Counted from the stretch's first letter, positions 1 to 9,533 are shown. The stretch: 48,260 nt of DNA from Eubacteriales bacterium (GCA_045634425.1 JAZRAF010000079.1:1-48260); one strand, 5' to 3'. Notes: generated by a model from the letters alone, not told the origin. Numbers and translations: made by a program.

Positions 1-745
1 CCTGTCCGATAAGCGTTCCGAGTATTGCCGCAAGCGAAAATGCTGCGATTCCCATGTGGTCGATCTCAAACAGCTTACCTATGGCGCCCTTTTTGCTCTC
101 TTCTGTCTTAATAACAAGCTTTGCTCTTTCGGCTTCCATATCAGCCTTTGTGAGTTTCGGAATGATCTGAACAAACAGAACAACGCCTATAACACCGAAG
201 ATGTACGCGATACCGTGACCGACGGAAACCGCACCCTCGTAAGCCTCGGAAACGGTAGCCTTTGCCGCGGAGAACGCGGGAGTAGAGGTAAGAGAGCCGG
301 AGAGAAGGCCAACGATCATAGCGGTGAACTCCTCGTGGTTTTCCTCACCCATAACGCCCCTGCCGAAGTAGATGCAGCCAACGGCCGCAAGGCCGCCTGC
401 AAGGATAACGACGAGAGCGAGAACTACGTAGGACTTGAAGTTCTTCTTGAAGTTGCCGAAGAACTTAGGGCCTGCGATGAAGCCAACCGACGTAACGAAG
501 AGGATAAGACCGAGGTTTTCAACGATCTTAAGCGCCTTATCGGTAAAGCCGGGGAGCTGTGCCTCGAGCTGGCTGTAAAAAAGACAGCCGAACACGAGAG
601 CGATGATAAATACGCCTGCATCACCGAGGGAGATGCCCTTGATCGTAATACGGCCAAGTGCAAAGCCTACGGCGATTATAGCGAAGATAGAGAACATAAG
701 AAAGGTTATACCGGAGATCGATACAACGCCGCCAAAAAGATTCAT
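1..745 (-). CDS. AspT/YidE/YbjL (AAE family) antiporter/permease, runs off the left end of the window
   Basis: Not in the ORF track. ATG at 745 lies 15 nt after the flavoprotein stop. Translation MNLFGGVVSISGITFLMFSIFAIIAVGFALGRITIKGISLGDAGVFIIALVFG...LGLILFVTSVGFIAGPKFF...GLLSGSLTSTPAFSAA...GHGIAYIFGVIGVVLFVQIIP shows the GxSLG, GP.FF, GxxTSTP and AYxFGVxG motifs of the family. Frame is open to position 1. Confidence 0.85.
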   Translation of the reverse strand, partial: MNLFGGVVSISGITFLMFSIFAIIAVGFALGRITIKGISLGDAGVFIIALVFGCLFYSQLEAQLPGFTDKALKIVENLGLILFVTSVGFIAGPKFFGNFKKNFKSYVVLALVVILAGGLAAVGCIYFGRGVMGEENHEEFTAMIVGLLSGSLTSTPAFSAAKATVSEAYEGAVSVGHGIAYIFGVIGVVLFVQIIPKLTKADMEAERAKLVIKTEESKKGAIGKLFEIDHMGIAAFSLAAILGTLIGQ

Positions 746-760
746 TTTCCAGCCGCCCCC

Positions 761-2365
761 TTAGATGCTCTTCTGATTGGTGTAGTTGGGGAGAAGCTTG
801 GGAGATACTGCGTCGGTCTTGATGCCGGCCTTCTTGATCTCCTTTTCAAACTGCTCGACGTGCTTAAGGGTAAGCTTGCCGACCTTAACGTCCTTTGCCT
901 TAGCGGCAGCATTCTTACCTGCGCTTCTACCAAATACGATGATATCGAGAAGGGAGTTACCCATAAGTCTGTTCTTGCCGTGGATACCGCCTACGGCCTC
1001 ACCTGCAACGAACAGGTTCTCGATGTTTGTGGTCATACAGTCAGCGCCGATGTCAAGACCGCCGTTCTGGTAGTGGAGTGTGGGATAGATGAGGATGGGC
1101 TCGTATCTGATATCGATACCGTACTTCTCAAACATTCTCCACATTGCGGGAATTCTCTTCATAATAGTTCCCTCTCCGCCGATTTTCTCGATCATGGGAG
1201 TGTCAAGCCAGATGCCCTTGCCGTTGCCGCAATCAACGCCGTTATCGCGCTCAGAGCACTCACGGATGATGGTAGCCGCGGTTACGTCACGGGTCTCGAG
1301 GGGATGCATAAATACCTCACCGTTCTTGTTGACGAGCTTTGCACCAAGGGATCTTACCTTCTCGGTTACGAGAGCGCCGAAGATCTGCTCGGGGAATGCA
1401 ACGCCGGTGGGGTGGTACTGAAGGGTCTCGGCGTAAAGAAGCTTTGCGCCTGCGCGGTAGCCGAGAACGAGTCCGTCAGCGGTTGCGCCGTAGTGGTTGG
1501 AGGTCGGGAAGCCCTGGTAGTGCATTCTGCCCGCACCGCCGGTTGCGATAATAACGGTCTTAGCCTTCGCAACGAGAAGCTCCTTGGTCTCCATATTCAT
1601 AAGAACTGCGCCTGCGGCGTTGCCCTTATCGTCGAGGATAAGCTCGATAGCCGCGGTGAAATCGATAACGGGAATCTGACGGTTCATAACCTCGTCGCGG
1701 AGGGTTCTCATAATTTCAGCACCGGAGTAGTCCTTTGCCGCGTGCATACGCTTGCGCGAAGTACCGCCGCCGTGGGTGGTTACCATAGTGCCGTCGGCCT
1801 CCTTATCGAACTCAACGCCGAGCTCGGAGAGCCACTGAATAGCCTCGGGAGCGTCGCAAACGAGCTTCCGGAGAAGCTCTCTCTTTGCTGCGAAGTGACC
1901 GCCACCGAATGCGTCAACGAAGTGGATAGCGGGAGAGTCGTTGGGCTTATCAGCCGCCTGAATGCCGCCCTCTGCCATCATAGTGTTAGCGTCACCCATA
2001 CGAAGCTTGGTAACTACCATAACCTTTGCGCCTGCCTCGTGAGCCTCGATAGCTGCGGAAGCACCTGCGCCGCCGCCACCGATAACGAGAACGTCGCAAT
2101 CGTAGTCGGGGGTGTCAAGGCATACGCTGTTCTTGTTGATACGGCTGTGTGCCTGAAGGATCTCAGCAAGCTCGGTGGGTACCTTATCGCCCTTGTTGGG
2201 GCCGATGGTAAGCACGGAGAACTGATCCTGCTTATAGTCGGGGTGGAAGGAAGCGAGCACGGTTTCCTTTTGCTCAGCCGTCATACGGGTGGGCTCAAGA
2301 GCAATATTCTTTTCTCTTGCCGCTTCAACGAGTGCAAGGGATTCCTTAAACTGTTCGGAATACAT
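761..2365 (-). CDS. Soluble fumarate reductase/succinate dehydrogenase-like flavoprotein subunit (TfrA/FrdA-like)
   Basis: Rossmann VIGGGGAG; MAEGGI; QYHPTG; ETRDV; HYQNGGL; GEAVGGIHGKNRLMGNSL (dicarboxylate-binding His/Arg of the SdhA/FrdA/NadB family). Has an ~85-aa N-terminal extension. Confidence 0.85.
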   Translation of the reverse strand: MYSEQFKESLALVEAAREKNIALEPTRMTAEQKETVLASFHPDYKQDQFSVLTIGPNKGDKVPTELAEILQAHSRINKNSVCLDTPDYDCDVLVIGGGGAGASAAIEAHEAGAKVMVVTKLRMGDANTMMAEGGIQAADKPNDSPAIHFVDAFGGGHFAAKRELLRKLVCDAPEAIQWLSELGVEFDKEADGTMVTTHGGGTSRKRMHAAKDYSGAEIMRTLRDEVMNRQIPVIDFTAAIELILDDKGNAAGAVLMNMETKELLVAKAKTVIIATGGAGRMHYQGFPTSNHYGATADGLVLGYRAGAKLLYAETLQYHPTGVAFPEQIFGALVTEKVRSLGAKLVNKNGEVFMHPLETRDVTAATIIRECSERDNGVDCGNGKGIWLDTPMIEKIGGEGTIMKRIPAMWRMFEKYGIDIRYEPILIYPTLHYQNGGLDIGADCMTTNIENLFVAGEAVGGIHGKNRLMGNSLLDIIVFGRSAGKNAAAKAKDVKVGKLTLKHVEQFEKEIKKAGIKTDAVSPKLLPNYTNQKSI

Positions 2366-2380
2366 ATCTCACTTACCTCC

Positions 2381-3055
2381 TTACTTTTCGATATCACGGT
2401 TGTTGTAAAGCTCTTTCATCTCCTCGATGGGCTTCTGCATAAGAGCCTCGATGAGGTCGTTGAAATCGCCGTCCTTGATCTCCTTTACGCGATCCTCAAG
2501 GTGACCGCAGCCGGGAGCAAGGTACTTACCGTTGATTCTTCTTGCAAGCATTGCAACCTGGGGATGAGAGATACCCGCAGGGCATCTGGAGGAGCATACG
2601 CCGCACATTACGCAGTCGAAGGACTCCTCAGCGCACTTTTCGAAATCGCCGCGCTGTGCGTATGCAATATACTGCATAACGTTAAGGCCCTGAGTACAAG
2701 CCTTGGTGCAGGCGTTACAGCCGATGCAGGCATATATCTCGGGATAAAGCTGCATCATAACGGTTTCGTTAACGGGGATCTTGTTAATGTCGTAAACCTC
2801 TTTTACGAGGGGGAAGAAAGGAAGAGTCGCAATATACATATTGTCCTCTACCTTGGTCTGACAAGCGAGACAAGCGTGAAGCTCCTTGTCACCCTTTATA
2901 CGGTAAATAGTAGCGCAAGCACCGCAAAATCCGTTTCTGCATCCACAACCGCGAACAAGCTGGTAACCGGCATATTCCATAGCGGTCATAATGGTCAGGT
3001 TTTCGGGTACGTCGTACTTCTTACCGAAAAGAAATATACTTACTGTCTTTTCCAT
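2381..3055 (-). CDS. Fumarate reductase/succinate dehydrogenase-like iron-sulfur subunit ([2Fe-2S] plus 2x[4Fe-4S])
   Basis: CGCRNGFCGAC...LAC [2Fe-2S] motif; CIGCNACTKAC and CVMCGVCSSRCP ferredoxin motifs; adjacent to the flavoprotein. Confidence 0.8.
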   Translation of the reverse strand: MEKTVSIFLFGKKYDVPENLTIMTAMEYAGYQLVRGCGCRNGFCGACATIYRIKGDKELHACLACQTKVEDNMYIATLPFFPLVKEVYDINKIPVNETVMMQLYPEIYACIGCNACTKACTQGLNVMQYIAYAQRGDFEKCAEESFDCVMCGVCSSRCPAGISHPQVAMLARRINGKYLAPGCGHLEDRVKEIKDGDFNDLIEALMQKPIEEMKELYNNRDIEK

Positions 3056-3067
3056 CTGTTTTCTCCT

Positions 3068-3901
3068 TTAATATTCGCTGGGAAGCTCCTCGAGCTCGTC
3101 ACATCTGAAGACGGGGCCGTCCTTGCAAACGTACTTTGCGCCTACGTTACATCTGCCGCATTTACCAACACCGCACTTCATACGAAGCTCGAGGGTGGTA
3201 TATACCTGAGTCTTATCAAAGCCAAGCGCGATAAGACCGTCAAGAGTAAACTTGATCATTATAGGCGGGCCGCAAAGCACCGCGGTCTTGTTGGTGTCGA
3301 AGCCAAGCTCCTTTACGTAGTTGGGAACGAAGCCAACGTGGCCGTCCCAATCGGGCTGGGGGTTGTCGATGGTGAGGTGCACCTTTACACCTGCGTCATT
3401 CGACCACTCCTCGATGATCTCCTTGTAGTCAAGCAGGTCTGCCTTGCTGCGCGAGCCGTATACGATATCGATATCGCCGTAGCGGTCACGGTAGTGGCGG
3501 CAGTAGTTGATTACGGAGCGGAGAGGAGCAAGACCGACACCGCCCGCGATGAAGAGCAGGTTCTTCCCTGCAAATACGTCGTCAACGGGGAAAGGATTGC
3601 CGTAAGGACCTCTGATAGTGATCTGCTGACCTGCCTCGGCCTGGTGGAGCCATTCGGTAACGCAGCCGCACTTCTTGATGGAGAACTCCATATACTCGGT
3701 GTTTGTGGGAGAGGATGTGATCGAGAACATCGCCTCGCCAACGCCGGGGATAGAAAGCATAGCGCACTGACCGGGTCTGTGATCAAACGCCTTCTTACCG
3801 TCGGGGGTAACCACGCGGAAGGTCTTGATATCAGGGGTGTCGATACGTACGTCGGTTATGACGCCGACGGTAGGAATCAAAGTATCGTTTATATTATTCA
3901 C
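3068..3901 (-). CDS. flxA: FAD/NAD(P)-binding oxidoreductase with C-terminal [2Fe-2S] (FlxA/AsrB/PyrK-like)
   Basis: RPGQ, FSITSSP, RGPYG, AGGVGLAP, CGPPIM, ELRMKCGVGKCGRC...CKDGPVF; located in an hdr cluster. Confidence 0.85.
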   Translation of the reverse strand: MNNINDTLIPTVGVITDVRIDTPDIKTFRVVTPDGKKAFDHRPGQCAMLSIPGVGEAMFSITSSPTNTEYMEFSIKKCGCVTEWLHQAEAGQQITIRGPYGNPFPVDDVFAGKNLLFIAGGVGLAPLRSVINYCRHYRDRYGDIDIVYGSRSKADLLDYKEIIEEWSNDAGVKVHLTIDNPQPDWDGHVGFVPNYVKELGFDTNKTAVLCGPPIMIKFTLDGLIALGFDKTQVYTTLELRMKCGVGKCGRCNVGAKYVCKDGPVFRCDELEELPSEY

Positions 3902-4922
3902 CTTTATTTCCTCCGATCTTCTTCATAACCTTAACTATATTCATAGAGATGGGGCATCTTGCAAGGCATCTGCCACAGCCAACGCAGCTGAAAAGACCGT
4001 CGTTATTTTCGGGATAATACACAAGCTTGTGCATAAATCTCTGACGGAATCGCTCCTTTTGTGTGAGTCTGTTGTTTCCGTGAGCCATCTTGGTCAACTC
4101 GGAATACATACAGGAGTCCCAGCATCTGTAACGGATAACACCGTTACCCGTGTTAAAATCTTTTATGTCATAACACTGACAGGTGGGGCAAACGAAGGTA
4201 CAGGTACCGCAGCCAAGGCAGGTCGCGGAGAGCTCATCCCAAGCGGGATCGTTAAAGAGCTCCTTGGTCTTGCCACCGCCAAAGGCATCGGTCGAAAGGT
4301 CCTTAAGAGGAAGCTTATCCATAACCTTTTTGATCTTCGCCTTCTGTGCATCGACTGTCGCAGAGTCGGTGTCCTCAAGGATACCGCCAAGCGAGTTAAG
4401 AAGCGCACTTCCCTTTTCGGTATTAGCCTGAAGGTAGAGCGCATCGCTCTCGCGCCAGCAGGTAACGTCACCTGCGGGGGATGCAGCATCGATGCCAAAG
4501 GTGGTACAGAAGCAGGTCTCGGCAGGCTTGGTGCAAGCAACCGAAACGATGATGCCCTTCTCACGCTTCATAGCGTAGAAGCTGTCACGGGGCTCGGTAA
4601 GGAATACTCTGTCAAGAATATCAAAGCTCTTTACGTCGCAGGCACGCACGCCGAATACAACGAAATCGCCGATTTCCTCTCTTACGTCGATGATCTCGAT
4701 ATTCTTGCCCTCGGTCTTGAAGCGCATAAGGTCCTCAGACTGGGGGAAGAAGAAATCCTTAGGGCTCTTGTTGGTGTTAAGAGCCTCGGACCATACTGCG
4801 CCCTGTTGCCATTCGGTGTAGGATGCAGTGCCGTCGTTGTTGTCAGTGGGGAGATAAAGCTTTGCATTTTTCGCTATTTCTGCGAAAAGAAGGTCGATTT
4901 TTTCAAGAGCGCACTTAAGCAT
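3894..4922 (-). CDS. flxB: 4Fe-4S dicluster protein (FlxB/AsrA-like)
   Basis: GVRACD, CFC, CLGCGTCTFVCPTCQC, WDSC, RFRQRFMHK, CVGCGRCLARCP. Start moved to ATG 4922 (GGAGG 7 nt upstream, overlapping the upstream stop). Confidence 0.8.
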   Translation of the reverse strand: MLKCALEKIDLLFAEIAKNAKLYLPTDNNDGTASYTEWQQGAVWSEALNTNKSPKDFFFPQSEDLMRFKTEGKNIEIIDVREEIGDFVVFGVRACDVKSFDILDRVFLTEPRDSFYAMKREKGIIVSVACTKPAETCFCTTFGIDAASPAGDVTCWRESDALYLQANTEKGSALLNSLGGILEDTDSATVDAQKAKIKKVMDKLPLKDLSTDAFGGGKTKELFNDPAWDELSATCLGCGTCTFVCPTCQCYDIKDFNTGNGVIRYRCWDSCMYSELTKMAHGNNRLTQKERFRQRFMHKLVYYPENNDGLFSCVGCGRCLARCPISMNIVKVMKKIGGNKGE

Positions 4923-5913
4923 TTTCATCCCTCCTGTCAAAAACCTCACCGGGCTCGAGGTCGTCGGTGGTGTAGTTTACAAGGGGAGCTCTGGAGCCGA
5001 CCTCAGCGCCTGCCTGATACTCGCCGTAGAACTCGTTCATATCCTTGATGAACTTACGGTTGAGCAGGTGGAGGGGAATGTTCTGAGGACATACGCGAGA
5101 GCACTCGCCGCAGTCGGTGCAACGGCCTGCAACGTGGAAGGCTCTGATGATGTGGAACATCTTCTCTTCAAAGCTGGTCGTGGGAGACTTGTTCTCAACG
5201 CCGGAGTTCGGGTTGTCGAACACGCACTTCTCACAGGTGCAAGCGGGGCAGGCATCGCGGCAAGCGTTGCAGCGGATGCACTTGGAAAGCTCGCTCTGCC
5301 AGAATGCGAATCTCTCATCGGTGGTCATAGCCTCAAGGCGTGCAACCTCATCGAATCTAGCTGACTCAACGACTTCGCCGTTTTCGCCCATAAGCTCGTC
5401 GAATGCAACGCACTTTTTGCTCTTGCAGTTTATGCAGCGCTCTGCAAGAACGTCGCCGGCGTTGATCACCACGGGCTCGTCAGCGTAGAGGGTGGTAACG
5501 ACGATCTTATCGCCCTCGAAGTCGATCTTCGAGATACCCTCGCCGGAAATTGCCTTTACCTTTGCGATATCAGCCATTCCCTCACAGGGGATGCCGACCG
5601 CATAAACCTTCTCACGGTCAAATCTATGCTCGGTGAGAAGCTGATTAAAGCTGTAAGTATCGCAGGGCTTAAGGAACACGAGGATCTTTCCCTCAAGCTT
5701 CTGTGTCTTTGCAACGAGATACTTAGAGAAGTTTGCGCCGCAGAAATCGTTATACACGAAGCCGGACTTAAGGTCCTCTGCGGTCTTGAAAACGGTAGGA
5801 GTCACGTCGTAGCCAAATTCGCCCGCACCCCAGCCGAGTACACAGCTGACAGTACCGTTTGAAAGAAGCTCGGATGCCTTTTCAACTAACTGTTCACGAG
5901 TTATTTTTTGCAT
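4915..5913 (-). CDS. flxC: 4Fe-4S dicluster protein (FlxC-like, FrhB/FdhB-related)
   Basis: KPCD, GIPC, CINC, CIRCNACRDACPACTCEKC, HVAGRCTDCGECSRVCP. Start moved to ATG 5913 (MQKITRE, GGAGG upstream). Confidence 0.78.
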   Translation of the reverse strand: MQKITREQLVEKASELLSNGTVSCVLGWGAGEFGYDVTPTVFKTAEDLKSGFVYNDFCGANFSKYLVAKTQKLEGKILVFLKPCDTYSFNQLLTEHRFDREKVYAVGIPCEGMADIAKVKAISGEGISKIDFEGDKIVVTTLYADEPVVINAGDVLAERCINCKSKKCVAFDELMGENGEVVESARFDEVARLEAMTTDERFAFWQSELSKCIRCNACRDACPACTCEKCVFDNPNSGVENKSPTTSFEEKMFHIIRAFHVAGRCTDCGECSRVCPQNIPLHLLNRKFIKDMNEFYGEYQAGAEVGSRAPLVNYTTDDLEPGEVFDRRDENA

Positions 5914-6335
5914 CTCAGATCCTCCAATCTCTTGTTCTCGCCAAGTGCCGCTACCTTCTCTGCGAAGTCGTTCATGGTTGCGGCAAACTTTGCGCCCTCG
6001 GCAGCGGATACCCATTCAACACGGGTACGCTCTCTCTCAATACCGAGGTAGTCGAGCATCGAGAAGAGTGCCGCCATACGGCGACGGGTAAAGTAGTTAC
6101 CCGAGGTGTAGTGACAGTCGCCGGGGTGGCAACCGCATATGATAACACCGTCCGCACCTCTCTGGAAGGCGCGAAGAATAAACATAGGATTAACACGGCA
6201 GGAGCAAGGAACTCTGATGATCTTTACGTCTGCAGGGTATGCAAGACGGTTGTTGCCCGCAAGGTCAGCACCTGCGTAGGAGCACCAGTTGCAGCAGAAT
6301 GCAACTATCAAGGGCTTGTATTCATTTACTTGCAT
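5901..6335 (-). CDS. mvhD: Methyl-viologen-reducing hydrogenase delta subunit (MvhD/FlxD) [2Fe-2S] protein
   Basis: FCCNWCSYAGADLAG, RVPCSCRV, GADGV...GCHPGDCHY, WVSAAEG. Confidence 0.9.
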   Translation of the reverse strand: MQVNEYKPLIVAFCCNWCSYAGADLAGNNRLAYPADVKIIRVPCSCRVNPMFILRAFQRGADGVIICGCHPGDCHYTSGNYFTRRRMAALFSMLDYLGIERERTRVEWVSAAEGAKFAATMNDFAEKVAALGENKRLEDLRCKK

Positions 6336-8320
6336 ATTGCGTCAACCTCCGCCATAATCTGATTGTTCTTGAATCCGTTAAGATCCATTGCGCCCGAGGG
6401 ACAAGCAACGGTACAAGCGCCGCAACCCTGGCAGACTGCGGGATTTACCGACGCTACGCGGCGAACCTTGGTGGTTCTGTCGGGCATACGGAATTCCTTA
6501 TCTATATACGAAATAGCGCCGTAGGGACATACTCTCTCACAGCTGGAGCATCCGTTACACATAAGCTCGTTGGAGCTTGCAACGCAGGGGTTGCCGGTGA
6601 GCTTATCCTTGGCAAGAAGGCCGATTACCTTGGATGCCGCCGCACCTGCCTGAGATACGGTCTCGGGAATATCCTTGGGACCCTGGCAAGCACCGGAGAG
6701 GAACACACCTGCGGTGGGGCTCTCTACGGGACGGAGCTTGGGATGCGCCTCGGTGAAGAAGTCGTTGGTATCCATACTTGCGGTAAGCATAGTAGCAAGG
6801 GGGCGTGCGGACTTATCGGGCTCGATAGCCGCTGCGAGAACGACGAGGTCAGCATCGATGTGAAGCTGCTTGCCGCCGATGAGGTCGGATGCCTGGACCT
6901 TGAGCTTATCGCCCTCGGGAACGACCTTACCAACCATACCCTTGATATACTTAACGCCGTATTCCTCTACCGCGCGGCGATAGAATTCGACGAAGTTCTT
7001 ACCGGGAGTTCTTACGTCGATATAGAATACGTAGACCTCGGTATCGGGGTACTTATCACGGGTGAGCATCGCGTGCTTTGCGGTATACATACAGCAGATC
7101 TTCGAGCAATACTCCTTACCCTTTTCAGCGCAGGACTCGCAACGGGAGCCAACGCACTGAACGAAAACGATAGTGTGGGGGTGCTTTCCGTCAGAGGGAC
7201 GGATGAGCTTGCCGGCAGAGGGGCCCGCCGCATTGGTCAGACGCTCGAACTCAAGAGAGGTGATAACGTCCTTGGACTGATTGTAAGCAAACTCGTCGAA
7301 CTTCTCCATACTGATGGGATTGAAGCCGGTAGCAACGACGATAGCGCCGTACTTCTCCTCAATGATCTCATCCTTCTGGGTATAGTCGATAGCACCTGCG
7401 GCACAAACCTTAGCGCAAAGACCGCACTTACCGTTCTTAAGCATATTACAAGCGTTGGGATCGATAGTTGCAACCTTGGGCACAGCCTGTGCAAAGGGAA
7501 TGTAAATAGCGTGGCGGTTATCCATACCGAGGTTGAACTCGTTGGGAACCTTCTTCATAGGGCACTTTTCAACGCAAGCGCCGCAGCCGGTGCAGATATT
7601 TTCGTTTACGTATCTTGCCTTCTTCTTGATCTGAACGTCGAAGTTGCCGACGAAGCCGTGAACACCCACGACCTCACTGTAAGAGAAGATGCGGATCTTC
7701 TCATTCTGTGCAACGTCAACCATCTTGGGCGTGAGGATACAAGCCGCACAGTCAAGTGTCGGGAAGGTCTTGTCAAGCTGTGCCATCTTACCGCCGATGG
7801 TGGGCAGCTTCTCTACGATATCTACGGGGAAGCCCGCATCAGCGATATCAAGGGCGGTCTGAATACCTGCGATACCGCCGCCGATAACGAGGGCGCGCTT
7901 GGTAACGGGGGACTCGCCGGGGGTAAGGGGTGCGTTAAGATTTACCTTTGCAACCGCTGCCTTACCGAGGATGATCGCCTTTTCGGTACCCGTCATCATA
8001 TCCTTATGTACCCAGGAGCACTGCTCGCGGATATTTGCGATCTCAACCATATAGGGGTTGATGCCGGCTGCTGCCGCGGTCTTGCGGAAGGTTGCCTCGT
8101 GCATTCTGGGGGAGCAAGAGCATACTACTATGCCCGTAAGCTTGTGCTCGCGCACGGCTTCCTTGATCATTTCCTGACCTGCCTGGGAGCACATATACTG
8201 ATAATTGGCGGAAAAGACTACGCCGGGCTCATTTTTAAGTGCCTCGGAAACTGCCTGCACGTCTACCGTGCCTGCGATGTTACTTCCGCACCAACATACA
8301 AATACACCAACTCTCTGCAT
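6326..8320 (-). CDS. hdrA: Heterodisulfide reductase subunit A (FAD, electron-bifurcating)
   Basis: VFVCWCGSNI, CSCSP, NIREQCSW, GGGIAG, LDKTFPTLDC, LEFER, CVGSR...YCSKICCMYTAK, GACQGPKDIP, plus internal and C-terminal ferredoxin motifs. Confidence 0.95.
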   Translation of the reverse strand: MQRVGVFVCWCGSNIAGTVDVQAVSEALKNEPGVVFSANYQYMCSQAGQEMIKEAVREHKLTGIVVCSCSPRMHEATFRKTAAAAGINPYMVEIANIREQCSWVHKDMMTGTEKAIILGKAAVAKVNLNAPLTPGESPVTKRALVIGGGIAGIQTALDIADAGFPVDIVEKLPTIGGKMAQLDKTFPTLDCAACILTPKMVDVAQNEKIRIFSYSEVVGVHGFVGNFDVQIKKKARYVNENICTGCGACVEKCPMKKVPNEFNLGMDNRHAIYIPFAQAVPKVATIDPNACNMLKNGKCGLCAKVCAAGAIDYTQKDEIIEEKYGAIVVATGFNPISMEKFDEFAYNQSKDVITSLEFERLTNAAGPSAGKLIRPSDGKHPHTIVFVQCVGSRCESCAEKGKEYCSKICCMYTAKHAMLTRDKYPDTEVYVFYIDVRTPGKNFVEFYRRAVEEYGVKYIKGMVGKVVPEGDKLKVQASDLIGGKQLHIDADLVVLAAAIEPDKSARPLATMLTASMDTNDFFTEAHPKLRPVESPTAGVFLSGACQGPKDIPETVSQAGAAASKVIGLLAKDKLTGNPCVASSNELMCNGCSSCERVCPYGAISYIDKEFRMPDRTTKVRRVASVNPAVCQGCGACTVACPSGAMDLNGFKNNQIMAEVDAICK

Positions 8321-8334
8321 TCGTCCTTCCCTCC

Positions 8335-8724
8335 TTACTTAGTGTACTTTCTGAAAGCACTGACCAGAAGCTGCTGGGGCGTGTCCTCGTCTACCATCTT
8401 AGGAACGTCGTTTGCAGTCATACGGTTAGCACCCTGCTTTCTCGTGGCGATAAGGCGCACTGCCTCAACCACCTTTGCGGGCTCAACGCCGCGGGGGCAT
8501 CTGTCAATGCAAGCGAAGCAGGACAGACACTTATAGAGCGAGTCGGAATTAAGAAGGGGCTCGATGTCGCCGCACTCTACCATACCTACGAACTGGTGGG
8601 GATGATACTCCATCTCGTCGTAAGCGGGACAGGTTGCCGAGCACTTGCCGCACTTCATACACTTAGAGGTGTTAACGCCGCTCATTCTTATGATTTCTTC
8701 ACGGAGATACTTATTGTTTTCCAT
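8335..8724 (-). CDS. hdrC: Heterodisulfide reductase subunit C
   Basis: CMKCGKCSATCP and CLSCFACIDRCPRGV; lies between hdrB and hdrA. Confidence 0.88.
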   Translation of the reverse strand: MENNKYLREEIIRMSGVNTSKCMKCGKCSATCPAYDEMEYHPHQFVGMVECGDIEPLLNSDSLYKCLSCFACIDRCPRGVEPAKVVEAVRLIATRKQGANRMTANDVPKMVDEDTPQQLLVSAFRKYTK

Positions 8725-9507
8725 TTATACCTCCTTGACACCGAGAGCCTCGGCAAGAAGCTCGGTGAAATAAACAACGGGGATATCCGAGCCGCTCTTT
8801 TCGAGGTTGTACTTGCAAAGGGGGCAGGCGGTGATGATCATCTGTGCGCCCTGTGCCTTAGCGTTCTCGATAATAGCGTTCGAATTCTTCTTTGCCGCAT
8901 CGGGGCTCTCAACCGAGATGTAGCCACCGCAGCACTCGTTTCTTCTGGCGTAAACGACCGCCTCCGCACCGAGGGCGCGGATGAGATCCTCAATAATGGT
9001 GGGGTTCTCGGGGTCGTCCATACGCATTACCTTGTTGGGACGGAGAAGAAGGCAGCCGTAATATGCCGCTATTCTTTTGCCCTTAAGGCCGTTTACGACC
9101 TTTTCCTTTACCTTGTCAAATCCAACGAGGTCGCGGAGCATCTCGAGGTAGTGATATACCTCGCACTCGCCGCGGTATTCGGTATCCTCAGCCATATATC
9201 TGTTGACCTTGTCGCCGAATTCCTTGTTGGTCTGCATAGCGTGGTTGGTCTGCTTTATAACGTTATGGCAGGCGGAGCAAACGGTAACGAGGGGATGACC
9301 CTTCTCGCTTGCTGCCTTAAGTGCGCGAACAGAGGAAAGCTTGGTCGCAACCTCGTTATTGGCGGTGGTGAACACGCCGCCGCAGCACTGCCAATCTTCA
9401 ATCTCTTCCAGAGTTACGCCAAGAGCCTCACAAGATCTGTACGCATATGCGTCAAGATCCTTTGCCTTGTTCTTAAGCGTGCATCCGGGGAAATAACTAA
9501 CCTTCAT
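8725..9507 (-). CDS. hdrB: Heterodisulfide reductase subunit B (two CCG domains)
   Basis: YFPGC...CCGG...CSAC and YYGC...CCGG...ACPLC. Confidence 0.92.
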   Translation of the reverse strand: MKVSYFPGCTLKNKAKDLDAYAYRSCEALGVTLEEIEDWQCCGGVFTTANNEVATKLSSVRALKAASEKGHPLVTVCSACHNVIKQTNHAMQTNKEFGDKVNRYMAEDTEYRGECEVYHYLEMLRDLVGFDKVKEKVVNGLKGKRIAAYYGCLLLRPNKVMRMDDPENPTIIEDLIRALGAEAVVYARRNECCGGYISVESPDAAKKNSNAIIENAKAQGAQMIITACPLCKYNLEKSGSDIPVVYFTELLAEALGVKEV

Positions 9508-9533
9508 TAAATTACCTCCGGTTTATGTACCAA

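Noticed and set aside
56-3928. 1290-aa plus-strand ORF antisense to four genes
   Set aside because: Shadow ORF. The four minus-strand genes start at 745, 2365, 3055 and 3901, all in one frame register, and they avoid TTA/CTA/TCA codons, so the mirror frame has no stops. No RBS or recognisable motif.
3068-4922. Reading flxA/flxB as anaerobic sulfite reductase asrAB or sulfhydrogenase subunits
   Set aside because: No siroheme AsrC or NiFe large subunit is present; the mvhD-hdr context fits Flx.
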